A DNA stretch of 64,000 nt from Octopus sinensis (lineage: Eukaryota): positions 51,894,001 through 51,958,000 of the forward strand of contig NC_043013.1 in NCBI RefSeq assembly GCF_006345805.1, given 5' to 3'. Every line of letters starts with the position of its first letter. Position 1 is the stretch's first letter. The position numbers were made by a program, and so were the translations under genes. The notes under the pieces are model-generated. The model had not been told where the DNA came from. It saw only the letters and a program-made list of their open reading frames with translations, and made no database searches. This document shows positions 39,203 through 52,601 of this stretch, one piece after another.

Positions 39203-39352
39203 GCGGGCTTCTTTCAGTTTCCGTCTACCAAATCCACTCCCAAGGCTTTGGTCGGCCTGAGGCTATAGTAGAAGACACTTGCCCAAGGTATCACGCAGTG
39301 GGACTGAACCTGGAACCATGTGGCTGGTAAGCAAGCTTCTTACCACACAGTC
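39203..39352 (-). mobile_element. SINE family A, 5' half
   Basis: GGGCTTCTTTCAGTTTCCGTCTACC...TTACCACACAG. Confidence 0.85.
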
Positions 39353-40521
39353 ACATATATATATCATGGATATATGTATATGTATGTATAAATCTATGTG
39401 CTCGTGTATGTATGAATGTATACATGTATGGGTGTGTGCATCATTGCGTGTGGTTGTATGAGTTTTATATATATATGTATGTGAGTGGGTGTGTAATTGT
39501 GTAGTTGTGTGTGTGTGTGTAATTAGGGATGTGTTTATATGTATATGTTTGTGTGTGTGTAGTTGCGTTTGCATGAAGATACATCAATTAACGCTGGTCA
39601 TCTTTATTTACTTCCTGCCTCTGTATCCACCCGACACACTTACCCGATTGTCGCCGGATATCTCCGGGTGGTACTGGTCACCACAATGGTCAAAATGCGA
39701 ATCAGCCGTTTCAATCCCACCACCACCATCACCACCACAGCCACTACCACTTCCACCATTATCATCATCATCGTCACGGCCACATTAACCCTATTCCACT
39801 CGTCAGCACCTCCGCCTTGACCCCGAACGCCACCCCGACACCACCAGTTATCACCTCCACTGATATAGATACTCTCTTCGCCATCACCGACATCGCCATC
39901 TCCTAAACCATCATCATTGTCACCACCACCACCACCACCACCAGCATCATCACCAACATCAACACCAACGCCATCTTCGCCACAACATTATCACCATCAC
40001 CACCATCATGATCATCATAACTATTATCACCAACTATTACTCCGCCATTGCCAACACCATAAGTAACACCACCACCATCACCACTACTGCTACTATAACT
40101 GGTAATGGGATCCTTTGAGGCAGAGGTCACTGATGGATTCTGTTATCGTCTCGGACCTCTTTGGTTCTGTGCTGGACATTCGTATAAAGAGAGGCGCCGA
40201 CCTTTCAACGGATCACCACTCAGCTGCTTGCAACCCGAGACTATTTACAGCAGGGAGAATTCACAAAACTTCGAAGTCCATTTGCGGAGTGTAGGACACC
40301 CCACCCCCACCCCCACTCATTCCGGAACCCCCCCTCCCTAGGACAAAACAACACTAAGTTAAAGCGCTAAGTGGACAAAACCCCTCGGTTATATTTTTTT
40401 GGCGGAGGTGTACAAGAAGCGTTTCACCCCTCTTTCTCCCCGCCCCCTTTTTTTTTCACAGATTCCGAAGTTTTCGGCAACAGAGATTTCGATTCTGACA
40501 GAAAAAACCGGCATTTCAAGA

Positions 40522-40766
40522 TTTCATCTTTATTTATTTCTTTATTGCCCACAAGGGGCTAAACATAGAGGGGACAAACAAGAACAGACAAAGGGATTAA
40601 GTCGATTAAATCGTCCCCAGTGCGTAACTGGTACTTATTTAATCGACCCCGAAAGGACGAAAGGCAAAGTCGACCTCGGCTGAATTCGAACTCAGAACAT
40701 AGCGGCAGACAAAATACCGCTAAGCATTTCGCCCGGCGTGCTAACGTTTCTGCCAGCTTGCCGCCC
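40522..40766 (-). mobile_element. SINE family B, full length
   Basis: Reverse-complement similarity to the 12191 copy. Confidence 0.9.
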
Positions 40767-40965
40767 TATCATCACTACCATCATCACCACCACCACACAA
40801 CCACTACCACCACCACCATACAACCACCATCACCATCATCATCACTATCATTATCACACCGCCAAAGCTGACCGGCAATAAAACTACCATGACCACCACC
40901 ACTAACAGCAACAAATTCAATCTCATTTATTATCATCATCGTCGTCATCATCAAAATAGGATTTG

Positions 40966-42286
40966 GGATCTTTTCCTTTTGATGGACGGAATTTCTAGTT
41001 AACTAAACAATTTGAAACTTCGTATACTGGTAGAATGTGTCAAAAGAAAACATTATTTTCACTTGGCTTTTTTGAGAAAATTGTAATTTGTAAGTTTAAC
41101 GTAGTTTAATTCTTCGAATTTTAACCAATGAATTGCCAGCGTTTCAGCTCAAATCATTTGCTGCGTTATCAATATTGATAAACAAAGGAGGAGGCATGTG
41201 CTAGAAATAACAGCCATGTCTCTTAAATCGATGAATTTCGTCGCCCAATAAAAATATTAACGATATTTTTTGAATATCTTCTTTATTTTTTTACCGAAAA
41301 GGCTTCTCCCATGGTTTTGAAGGGCCAAAAATAACAAAAACAAAACTATGCCTAAATCGGTCTAGAGTGGGATATGAGGGTGCGCGTAAAGTGTGGGTCG
41401 TATTGTAAAAATTTGCGAAATATTTTTTCATAAAAGGATGCCCCAGCTTGTCGGAGGCTGTGATATAAATTGGGAAAAAAATCCTCGACACCAGTACGTA
41501 ATTAGTACTTAATTTATCGACCCCGAAACGATGAAACATTGATCCCCCATTTCTGGTTTATTTACCTTTTGTGTAAATTTGTTCCGGCAAGGGGCAAAAC
41601 ACAGAGGGGACAAAGCATGAGATACAAAAGTATTAAGTCGATTCTATCAACACCAGTGCGAACTCACGAACGTGTATGTATGCTTGTGTGTGTATGTATA
41701 TCTCCGTTTGTATGTGTATGTACGTTTGTATGTGTGTATACGCTTATATATTAATTACTATGTACTTGTGCAAATGTATATGCATGTGTTTGAGAGAGAG
41801 AGAGAGAGAGTGACAGAGAGTGTGTGTGTGTGCAAGTGTACGTGCATATGTATCTGAATATATGTGTGTGTATGCGGCGTGCGTATATGCATATAAGCAT
41901 GTATCTTTGTGTATGTATATGTATACTTGTCTATGTGTGCGTGTGTATGTATATGTACTTCTATATGCAGGCGCGCTTGTATATGCAAGTGTTTGTATGC
42001 GTGTAGGATCTTTTCCTTTTGATATTTAAGAGATATGGCTGTTATTTCTAGCACATGCCTCCTCCTTTGTTTATCAATATTGATAACGCAGCAAATGATT
42101 TGAGCTGAAATGCTGGCAATTCATTGGTTAAAATTCGAAGAATTAAACTACGTTAAACTTACAAATTACAATTTTCTCAAAAAAGCCAAGTGAAAATAAT
42201 GTTTTCTTTTGACACATTCTACCAGTATACGAAGTTTCAAATTGTTTAGTTAACTAGAAATTCCGTCCATCAAAAGGAAAAGATCC
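40966..42286. mobile_element. Non-autonomous TIR element with about 265-bp nearly identical inverted arms (Merlin-like ends)
   Basis: Arms 40966-41230 and 42022-42286 differ at only a few positions; GGATCTTTTC termini; 8-bp flanks AGGATTTG / TTGATTTG. Confidence 0.8.
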
Positions 42287-42549
42287 TTGATTTGTTTTCC
42301 AAAAAAAAATGCCGATTTTTAGGTAGAATCGGAATCTGAGTTGCCGAAAACGTCGGAATCTATAAAAAAAAAAAAAGAAAGAAAAAAGGGGGTGCTTATT
42401 GTATACCTCCGCCAAAAATATAACCGAGGGGGTTTTGTCCTCTTTCGCACTTTAACAGGGGGTTTTGTCCGAGGGGGGTTTATCCTGGAGGGAGTTTTGT
42501 CTCTGGGATGGAGTGGGGAGTCCGAACCGCCCCATTTGCAACTTACAGG

Positions 42550-43475
42550 ATAAAGCCTTGGAAGACGATGGAATCTGAAATATGTGGAAACTTTTGCAAC
42601 GAACTTCAGAGACTTTCCTAAGCAAACTGAGAAAGTCGAAACGGAGTGAAGGACGTTTTGTTCGGCTGTTTCTTCTTCGGCTGGGGACGAAAGTGCCTCG
42701 GTGTTGTAAGAGAAATCCCTGGTTTAATCAGGAAGTTAAAGGATATTATCCGAGCGAAGAAGGATGCTTACAAATCTTGGCTTGGAAACCAGTCTCCACT
42801 TTTACACTGAACCACGAAAAGTTGCGGAAGAGAAAATAAGAAACGTTCAAGTCAGAATCATAGGAGCAGTTTGGAATTAAACTCGATCCTGACTTTAGAT
42901 TGTCTAATAAAGTATTCTGGTAGACTCCGTAACAAGAAGCCCTCTTCCACATCTGCCATTAAGAACTTGGCTGAGGTTTTCCTCTCTACAGAGAAGAGTA
43001 TCCTTGGAGAATTCTGTGGGGAGAATTCTTTGTTGATCGCCTAAATCCAGTCAAAATAAACTCTTCTGATGCACACAAGGTACATCAAAGGATAAAGATT
43101 AACCTTACTGCGGCCGAAGTCATAGAGGCGATTAATGAGCTCAAATATGGCAAGGCTACTAGAGAGGGTGAAGTTCGGCCTGGGATGCTAAAAGCTTTGT
43201 ATAAAGAAGAGTTTTTCGGCTGAATATTCCAGGTGGATTCGACGTTTGGAAAGATGCTAAAACAATGGCAATCCGGAGTGATAATCCCAATTTTTAAAAA
43301 GAGGCGAGGGGGAATGCTTTCATTAAAGAGGAATCTCCTTGTTGAGCTTCCCCGGTAAAGTCGATGCGAGATGTTGGGAAATTCTCGATTCGAAGTGAAC
43401 TGAGAAACAGTGTGGCACACAACCGGTCAGATATTCCCGTTACAGCAGAGAAATCTTGGGAATATTGCCAAGAGA
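42550..43475 (+). mobile_element. RTE-clade (Expander/Rex3-like) LINE internal fragment, decayed
   Basis: PWFNQEVK..IRAKKDAYKSWL..; ITAAEVIEAINELKYGKA..EVRPGMLKAL; WQSGVIIPIFKK..ISLLSFPGKV; T.QIF....EKSWEY.K. Confidence 0.85.
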
Positions 43476-43636
43476 TGTGTGTGTAGGTGTGTGTGTGTGT
43501 GTGTATGTGTATGCACATGTATGGGCAAACTTCATTACATTTGTATAAGTGTATGATCGTATACTTTTTACGTGTGCTTGTGCATACCTGTAATACGTGT
43601 GTGGTACATGTGTGTGTGTGTGTATGTATATATGTT

Positions 43637-43706
<70 letters not shown>

Positions 43707-44336
43707 TACTAGTTTCAGCCATGCTATGACACCGCCGTTACATACATACACGCACACACACACGCGTGTTCGTATGTGTGTATATGTGTGTACATAAAAT
43801 ATTTACCACCACTATACGGCTACCACCGCCACTATACCTAGAAATATTACAGGTTCTGCTTCTTGTAAATCTACAGCTGATCTTTTCAATTTGGCACCCC
43901 CGTCCCCTACCCCCGAAACTCCCTGCTGCAACCCACCCTCCCCACCCAGGCTCCCTAAACGACCCTTCCCGCCCATACTCGGGCCCCTAATCTAGCTAAG
44001 TACTTTAAGCAATCATAGACACTTTAAAGTTATGTCCATCTGGTTCGTGTTATAGAAAGAGGGGGTGGTTCGGTTCCGATGGGTAACAACATTGGCGAAG
44101 GGTTTGGTTGCAGTGCTGGGGATGGAGGTAGGGGTTGAACCACTGCCTGCTTTGGTGATGCGTGTAAATAGGGGACTGTAATCGCGCGCGTGCGCACACA
44201 TACGCGCACACAAACAAAGGACCCATCCAGGAGAAAGACGGAGATGAGAGGAAACCGTGATAGACGTAGCAACACAAACATATATTCATATATGTGCATA
44301 CCTTAACTTATGGAAGGATACGTACAGGTGCATGTT

Positions 44337-44622
44337 TAGGCACAGGTGTGGCTTAGCGGTAAGAAGCTTGCTTCCCAAACACATGGTTCTGGGTTCAGTC
44401 CCACTGTGTGTGTTTGTGTTTATGCCTTTTTGTTCCACACCACCGCTTGACAACCGAGACTGGTGTATTTAAGTCCCCGTAACTTAGCAGTTCAGCAAAG
44501 AAGACTGATAGACCATGTATCAGGCTTTAACAGAATTGTACTGTGGTAAAATTCCTCCGATTAGAAATTCTTCAAGGCGGTGCCCCAGCATGGCAGCAGT
44601 CTAATGACTGAAAGAAATAAAA
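44337..44622 (+). mobile_element. SINE family A, internally deleted and diverged
   Basis: Head GTGGCTTAGCGGTAAG..GGTTCAGTCCC and family A tail. Confidence 0.75.
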
Positions 44623-44655
44623 GACAAAAAAAATATATGTGTATGTGTATGTGAA

Positions 44656-44689
<34 letters not shown>

Positions 44690-44691
<2 letters not shown>

Positions 44692-45025
44692 GGTGAGTGC
44701 GTGTGTCGAGCTTACGATCGTGAGGTTGTGAGCTCGAATCCCGGACCGTGCTGCGTGTTGTGTTCTCGAGCAAGGCACTTTATTTCACGTTGCTCCAGTT
44801 CACTCAGCTGTAGAAATGAGTTGCGACGTCACAGGTGCCAAGCTGTATCGACATTTGTCTTTCCCTTGGATAACACTGGTGGTGTGGAGAGGGGAGGCTG
44901 GTATGCATGGGCGACTGCTGGCCTTCCATAAAAACAACCTTGCCCGGACTTGAGTCTAGGAGGGTAACTTTCTAGGTGCAATCCCATGGTCATTCATGAC
45001 CGAAGGGGGTCTTTACCCTTTTACA
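44690..45025 (+). mobile_element. tRNA-derived SINE family C
   Basis: tRNA-like ...GAGGTTGTGAGCTCGAATCCCGG followed by GAGCAAGGCACTTTATTTCACGTTGCTCCAGTTCACTCAGCTG, resembling conserved SINE central domains; a diverged relative may lie at about 56690-56900. Confidence 0.65.
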
Positions 45026-45386
45026 TACATATATATATATACATATATGTATGTATGTGTATACATGCATACATATATATATACATATAAATAATATATA
45101 TATATATATATACATATATATAATATAATATATATATATATACACATATATATAATATATATATATATACACATACACACACATGTAAAGATTATCTCCT
45201 CATTGTATGGTTTACTGCCAAGATGGTAAGTTAATTTCTTTGTTCGTAGCCCAATTTCTGTTGTGCTTCTTAGATTTCCAGCGATTAGTGGGGTTTTGTT
45301 TTAGAGGATTTCTCGACTCTGAATTTCAAACCAATTGCTGGCACCTCGCGTGTCATATTATAATTATAAATTAATTACTCGTTAAC

Positions 45387-45607
45387 TCTTTTACTTGCTT
45401 CAGTCATTTGACTGTGGCCATGCTGGAGCACCGCCTTTAGTCGAGCAAATCGACCCCAGGACTTATTCTTTGTAAGCCTACCAAATCCACTCACAAGACT
45501 TTGGTCGGCTCAAGGCTACAGTAGAAGACACTTGCCCAAAATGCCACGCAGTAGAACTGAACCTGGAACCATGTGGTTGGGAAGCAAGCTTCTTAGCACA
45601 CAGCCAC
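45387..45607 (-). mobile_element. SINE family A with central deletion
   Basis: Tail joined directly to the head at GTAAGCC-TACCAAATCC. Confidence 0.85.
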
Positions 45608-45612
45608 TTTTT

Positions 45613-45860
45613 AACTTTCAATGCCAAAGTTTGGTACAAGTCCTTCCAGATGTATATCACTGCATATCTTTCTCCACTTCGTCCTGGGGAGTAGAGTCTT
45701 TTTCATCCTTTCCTTGTAATTGACACGTCGCATTGAGACGATTTTCTTTTTGTAGCTTCACTGGATCGCTTCGAGTTTCGCCGTTAATTTGATACTGTGT
45801 GGGGACCATAGTTGGGAACAGTAGTCTAAGTGGCTGATAATAACACCTGTCCATTCCATT
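45613..45860 (-). mobile_element. CR1-like LINE ORF2 fragment (same family as 33750-34097)
   Basis: SHLDYCSQLWSPHSIKLTAKLEAIQ...ERYAVIYIWK..LVPNFGIES; overlaps the other copy at AVIYIWK. Confidence 0.8.
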
Positions 45861-45863
45861 TTT

Positions 45864-45952
<89 letters not shown>

Positions 45953-46419
45953 ACCACAGATAAAATCCAAAGATTCTCAGTATAGAAGTAGTGTTCACAA
46001 GATCCAAACTTAGACTCGGATGTCTTCACAGGGGGTCGATTCCACAGGGTAAAGAATGGCTATAAGCGAGATCAGGTCGAGCGGATATAGAGGCGATTAT
46101 GCGGATAAACAAATTGTATATATTAAGTGTAACAGTTAAAGACGGACGAAATGCCGCTTAGCATTTTCCCCAGTGCAATAACGATTCTGTCAGCTTGCTG
46201 CCTTAAAGGCGCGTAAATATAAAGAAAACAAAATGTGAGTTCCTTGTTGGATTCGAACCGATGACTTCTTGTTGATAATACGACGTTTGTTGAACAAAAT
46301 CCAATTGTCAACGTAATAGCCCACCTCACCACCAATGCTTTGAACAACTGTTTTAAACATAAGCCATAGGAGTGAGTCTAACTGTGATATTGTTTCTCTC
46401 AATTCCTGAATGTTGAAAT

Positions 46420-46668
46420 CAGCGGTTACCCCACCCGGGGTCCGAGAACCATGGGGAGGCATCCACAGAGATAGACTTCGGAGTCCTTAAACTGTATTTA
46501 ACAATCTAATAGGCTGCAATGTAAAATATATAATTATTTAATTATATATTATTATTCAGTTACATATATATTTCAGATGAGAGATGAAACTAGGAAAATG
46601 AGATTGTAGTTAGTTAATAAAATCGGATTATCGAGTAGACACATTTCTAAAAAGTCTGGGAACCGTGG
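46420..46668 (+). mobile_element. Degenerate hAT-like MITE
   Basis: CAGCGGTTACCCC...GGGGTCCG start and AAAAGTCTGGGAACC end. Confidence 0.4.
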
Positions 46669-47181
46669 GAAAATTCATTTAAATAAAAAAAAATCCTTGA
46701 TAGTGAAAATATTAGGAATTAATAGTTTAGACTGCGCAAATTATTTCAATGTGCATTTTTAAATACAGTTGATATTTTCTACAGAATGCAGTTTTCCTAT
46801 TTAACCGATTACATACATGAAAAAATAACAAACCGCGCTTAAATGGAAACCTTTAATTCATTTGAATTTATATTTATTAATATTATTAATTGAAACAAAA
46901 TAAATATTCCACTAATTACGTCCCATTAAGCTGTTAATAATAGCCATTTCTAGTTTTTATTAAATTATGAAATTATGAAACAACGTCGCCAACAGCTAGT
47001 TCCAAAATTCGGAAATTATAACATCATTAAATACGAAATCATGAATATCTGCCAAAAAAAAGTGAAACCTGTGACATACATGAATATTACGTTTCGTCCA
47101 TAAAGTTTCATCATAAAGCTTTCAATGTGTTTCCATCCCTGCTTTCAATGTATGTTTGGGAGGAAAAACAAAAGAAATTAG

Positions 47182-47575
47182 GGATATTTTCGGTTTGAAC
47201 GGCAGTTTTTTTCTAGCGGTGTCATATAAAATTGTCACCCATAATTATGACCCTACTATCGATCTATTGCATTTCAATCTGTTTTAGGATTAGGGTTAGT
47301 GTTAGGGGTGGGGGAAGGTATCTTTTTTTCTTCACAAATGTAAATAAACCCAATCTGTTTCTTAAACGAGGGACATATTCATACGGCACAGAATGTTTTT
47401 TACCTCAATGGACGTCAGTAATTGGTAGAAATTGCAGAAACAAACTATAGAATTTTCTCAATAAAGCCAAGAGAAAAAGATGTTTTATAAACACATTCTA
47501 CCAGTATACGAAGTTTAAAATGCTTTAGTTACCTAGAAATTATGTTAAAAACTGCCGTTCAAACCGAAAAGATCC
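47182..47575. mobile_element. Merlin-like MITE with a perfect 8-bp target-site duplication
   Basis: TIRs GGATATTTTCGGTTTGAACGGCAGTTTTT / AAAAACTGCCGTTCAAACCGAAAAGATCC; TSD GAAATTAG at 47174-47181 and 47576-47583; GG termini with an 8-9 bp TSD are the Merlin signature. Confidence 0.8.
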
Positions 47576-47689
47576 GAAATTAGTACTCAGCCAATTTGAT
47601 TGAAGCTATACGCAACATTTTCACTTAGTTCCACAATTTTTAATGTTTCGAGGGCGAGTCTGTTTGTTATAATATATTTCAACATATTG

Positions 47690-47890
47690 AACCGTTATTC
47701 CCAGCACAATTTTTTCTTTCTCCGTTTCTTTTCCGTTCTCTCTCTATTTTCCCCCTCTCAATTCTTTCTGACGAAAAGCGTAGGCTCAAAACGTCAAAGA
47801 CTTTTCCATTGTTCCTAAACGTCAAACTATTACACCAGCTTGTTGTTCCCTGTTCCCTCACTTGTTTTCGTCTTCTGTTTTCTATACTAG
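47690..47890. mobile_element. Repeat family G with a degenerate hammerhead-like motif; other copies at 50583-50752, 52180-52345, 61540-61660 and partially at 55445-55530
   Basis: Shared AAAAAGTCTTTTACGTTTCGAGCCTACGCTCTTCGACAGAAAG segment; here CTTT-CTGACGA-AAAGC gtag GCTC-AAAACGTC/AAAG at 47764-47799. Confidence 0.75.
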
Positions 47891-47902
47891 CTATATGTAT
47901 AT

Positions 47903-47963
<61 letters not shown>

Positions 47964-48055
47964 ATACATACGTATCGTGACGATTATTTAGAACCTAACA
48001 CGGAACCATATAAATGGAAAGCGAACTTAAGCACACAGCCACGCACGCCGCCTGT

Positions 48056-48105
<50 letters not shown>

Positions 48106-48481
48106 GAGACCTTGATATTATGTAAATAGAAGAATTTATCTGTAATATAATGTGTGACTGTTATTCGGTTGCCATAATAAAACTCCGAGTTTTGGATGTC
48201 GAGGCGGAAATCTGCTCCGGCATCTCGTCAGTTATTAAAACAACATATGTATATATCTGTGTGTATTTGAATGAGTTTGAGCGTGGATGTGTATGTGTGT
48301 GGTGGGGGGGGGGGTGAATGGATGCGTGCATGGGTGTGAATGTGCGTGTGCGTGTGGGACCCAAATGCGTATTTAAGCTTTTAATATAGAATCATACACC
48401 AATAATATATTTGATTAATTAATTTTCCGTAAACCTTCTTGTGATATACGTTACTAATTGCACACACGCACGCACACACAT

Positions 48482-48512
<31 letters not shown>

Positions 48513-48590
48513 TAATGTATGTATGTTTGTGTGTGTGTGCGTATGCGTGCGTGCGCACGTGTGTGTGTGTGCATGAGTAGGCATATGTGT

Positions 48591-48968
48591 ATAGGCGCAC
48601 GAGTGGCTGTGTGGTAACTATCTTGCTTACCAACCACATGGTTCAGGGTTCAGTCCCACTGCGTGGCATCTTGGACAAGTGTCTTCTACTATAGTCTCGA
48701 GCTGACCAAAGCCTTGTGAGTGGATTTGGTAGACAGAAACTGAAAGAAGCCCGCCATATGTGTGTGTGTGCGTGTGTGCGCGTGTGTATGTTGACAACCG
48801 ATGTTGGTGTGTTTACGTCCCCCATAACTTACCGGTTCAGCAGAAGAGACCGATATAGTAAGTACTAGGCTCCCAAGAAATAAGCCCCGGAGGGGTCGAT
48901 TTGTTCGACTAGAGGCGGCGCTCCAGCATGACCGCAGTCAAATGTCTGAAACAAGGAAAAGAATAGCA
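48591..48968 (+). mobile_element. SINE family A, full length
   Basis: ATAGGCGCACGAGTGGCTGTGTGG head through the family tail. Confidence 0.9.
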
Positions 48969-49388
48969 GAATAAAAGAATAAGCATTCTGGCCGATGCGT
49001 TAACGATTCTGCCACTGCCCCCCCCCCCCCCGCCACCACCACCACCACCACCACGTCCACCATCATCATTACAAACAAGATCAACAACAACAACAGCACT
49101 GGCAACACCACTTCCACCTAAATTTAGCACTACTACCTACACCACCACCAACAACACCAACACCCTGACCGTTACCCCATCATCTCCAACACTACCACCA
49201 CCAACACCACCCACCACCACCACCACCACCAACTCTACCAACATCATCCCCGACATCCCCCACTCTCACTGTGTAAAAAATAAATTAAAACATTAGTTTT
49301 TTTTAAATTCCAACTCCTTCAAATTGCCTTTTTCTTTTCCTTCTACTAGGAACCCTCTTTTCCTCTCTCTCTCCTTCTCTCCACCTCG

Positions 49389-49432
<44 letters not shown>

Positions 49433-49887
49433 GCCACTTACAACATCCTAACTCTACCAAATTCTAAATTGCTTCCCTCCTGGGAGGAACCGAAATAATT
49501 TTGGTTTGAAATATTGAATCCAAGCAGGGAACTCATTCATAACAAGTGTTTGATAAAGTCAACAACTCACAGAAGTGTGTTAGAAAGTATATATATATAT
49601 ATATGAGTTTGTGATTGAGGCGGAGCGGGGCGGCGGATATATATATATATATGTGTGTATGTATGTATATACATAAATTATTATTATTATTATTATTATT
49701 ATTATTGTTGTTGTTGTTTTTGTTGTTGTATGTGTGTATGCCCATGTAAGATTAAATATAGACTTCATTACATATGTATTTTATGTCTATACATATATAT
49801 AACATGCCGCCTCGGCACACACACACACACACACACACCCACATGCACACACACACACTCACACTCACACACACACGCGCGCGCGCG

Positions 49888-49927
<40 letters not shown>

Positions 49928-50068
49928 ACCGAACTTTTGGTTAGTTAAAATACGTTTGTGACCATATTTCAACTTCTAAAAACAAATTCACTGCATTACC
50001 ACAAGAAAATAATTCTCTCATATGGTGAAAAGTTTTATATATATATAGATATATTATATATATATATA

Positions 50069-50571
50069 CTAGCAGTATCGCCCGGCGTTGCTCGGGTTTG
50101 TAAGGGAAATAACTATATAAGCATTTTTAGAGAGTTACTTCCCTTATAAATTTGGGCTTTCTTAGCCATTTCTGTTTTGGTGTCTTCAAGCCGTGAAGTC
50201 GTTGTTCTAAAAGAACGCTGGTCTCCTTCACAACGCATTACGACGTTGATTTCTTTACACTCCCTTCCCCACAGCTTCACGAGGGAGGGAAGGGGGAGAA
50301 GCAAACAGGTGCAGCTGTGAGCGTGGACGCCAACTCCGCCGCCATCGACACACGATGCATTTTATGCATTAAAATAGAATAAAAATGATGTTAAATATTT
50401 TTAAAATCGTAGACTCATCGTTGACGCGCGCTAATAGTCAGACGGGCTCGATATGAATCAGACTATAAGATACCCGAATTTGGTTAAACTGCACCGCAAA
50501 ATGTGGGAGGAGTTAGGAATCTAAATCGAAGGGGACAGACACTCACACAACTAGAGTTTTATATATATAGA
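50069..50571 (-). mobile_element. Non-autonomous Helitron (duplicated at 51668-52172)
   Basis: Minus strand starts A|TC-TATATATATAAAA and ends with hairpin CCCGAGCAACGCCGGG, then CGATACTG-CTAG|T: 5'-TC, 3' hairpin plus CTRR, A|T target. Confidence 0.8.
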
Positions 50572-50779
50572 TATATATATATAACGGGAAGGTTTACGAA
50601 AATAAACAAAAGACGAAGGCAGGTGGAGTACAAGCAAACAATTGTATTAGTATGGCGCTCAGGAATAGAAATAGAAAAAGTCTTTTACGTTTCGAGCCAA
50701 CGCTCTTCGACAGAAAGATGCGCAGAAAAAAACAAGGAGAGAAAAAAAATGCGTGTAGGAGCTAACGATCTATCATGGC

Positions 50780-50936
50780 GAGCTTGCTTACCAACCACAT
50801 GGTTCCGGGTTCAGTCCCACTGCGTCGCACCTCGGGCAAGTGTCTCCTACTATAGCCCCGGGCCGACCAAAGCCTTGTGAGTGGATTTGGTAGATGGAAA
50901 CTGAAAGGAGCACGTCGTATGTATGTATGTATATAT

Positions 50937-51003
<67 letters not shown>

Positions 51004-51205
51004 TATATATATGCGTGCGTGCGTGTCTGTTCCGCAAAATCGCTTGACAACCAATGCTGGTGTGTGTACGTTCCCGTAACTTAGCGGTTCGGCAACCGAT
51101 AGAATAAGTATTAGGCTTACAAAGAATAAGTCCTGGGGCGATTTCGAGACTAAGGCGGTGCTCCAGCATGGCCGCAGTCAAATAACTGAAATAAGTAAAT
51201 GAATA
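50780..51205 (+). mobile_element. SINE family A, 5'-truncated (duplicated at 52376-52795)
   Basis: Family A similarity. Confidence 0.85.
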
Positions 51206-51631
51206 AACGAATAAAAGGATATATATATATAAATTAAATTAGAGATAAAACCACTATTAGGCAACTCTCTAATATTATTATTATTATTATTATATTATTA
51301 TTATTGTTGTTGTTGTTTTTGTTGTTGTATGTGTGTATGCCCATGTAAGATTAAATATAGACTTCATTACATATGTATTTTATGTCTATACATATATATA
51401 ACATGCCGCCTCGGCACACACACACACACACCACACCCACATGCACACACACACACTCACACTCACACACACACGCGCGCGCGCGCGCACGCACACACAC
51501 ACACCACACACACACACACACACATAACCGAACTTTTGGTTAGTTAAAATACGTTTGTGACCATATTTCAACTTCTAAAAACAAATTCACTGCATTACCA
51601 CAAAGAAAATAATTCTCTCATATGGTGAAAA

Positions 51632-51668
<37 letters not shown>

Positions 51669-52519
51669 TAGCAGTATCGCCCGGCGTTGCTCGGGTTTGT
51701 AAGGGAAATAACTATATAAGCATTTTTAGAGAGTTACTTCCCTTATAAATTTGGGCTTTCTTAGCCATTTCTGTTTTGGTGTCTTCAAGCCGTGAAGTCG
51801 TTGTTCTAAAAGAACGCTGGTCTCCTTCACAACGCATTACGACGTTGATTTCTTTACACTCCCTTCCCCACAGCTTCACGAGGGAGGGAAGGGGGAGAAG
51901 CAACAGGTGCAGCTGTGAGCGTGGACGCCAACTCCGCCGCCATCGACACACGATGCATTTTATGCATTAAAATAGAATAAAAAATGATGTTAAATTATTT
52001 TTAAAATCGTAGACTCATCGTTGACGCGCGCTAATAGTCAGACGGGCTCGATATGAATCACGACTATAAGATACCCGAATTTGGTTAAACTGCACCGCAA
52101 AATGTGGGAGGAGTTAGGAATCTAAATCGAAGGGGACAGACACTCACACAACTAGAGTTTTATATATATAGATATATATAACGGGAAGGTTTACGAAAAT
52201 AAACAAAAGACGAAGGCAGGTGGAGTACAAGCAAACAATTGTATTAGTATGGCGCTCAGAATAGAAATAGAAAAAGTCTTTTACGTTTCGAGCCTACGCT
52301 CTTCGACAGAAAGATGCGCAGAAAAAAACAAGGAGAGAAAAAAATGCGTGTAGGAGCTAACGATCTATCATGGCGAGCTTGCTTACCAACCACATGGTTC
52401 CGGGTTCAGTCCACTGCGTCGCACCTCGGGCAAGTGTCTCCTACTATAGCCCCGGGCCGACCAAAGCCTTGTGAGTGGATTTGGTAGATGGAAACTGAAA
52501 GGAGCACGTCGTATGTATG

Positions 52520-52601
<82 letters not shown>

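Larger units (their letters stand above)
40310..42535. mobile_element. Older long-inverted-repeat element (outer arms about 40310-40515 and 42305-42535) with subterminal GGACAAAAC repeats, hosting nested insertions
   Basis: GGACAAAACCCCTCGGTTATATTTTTTGGCGGAGGT..GATTCCGAAGTTTTCGGCAAC mirrored by GTTGCCGAAAACGTCGGAATC..ACCTCCGCCAAAAATATAACCGAGGGGGTTTTGTCC. Confidence 0.7.

Noticed and set aside
47284-47307. Interstitial telomere
   Set aside because: Only about four degenerate units inside a MITE, not a true telomeric array.
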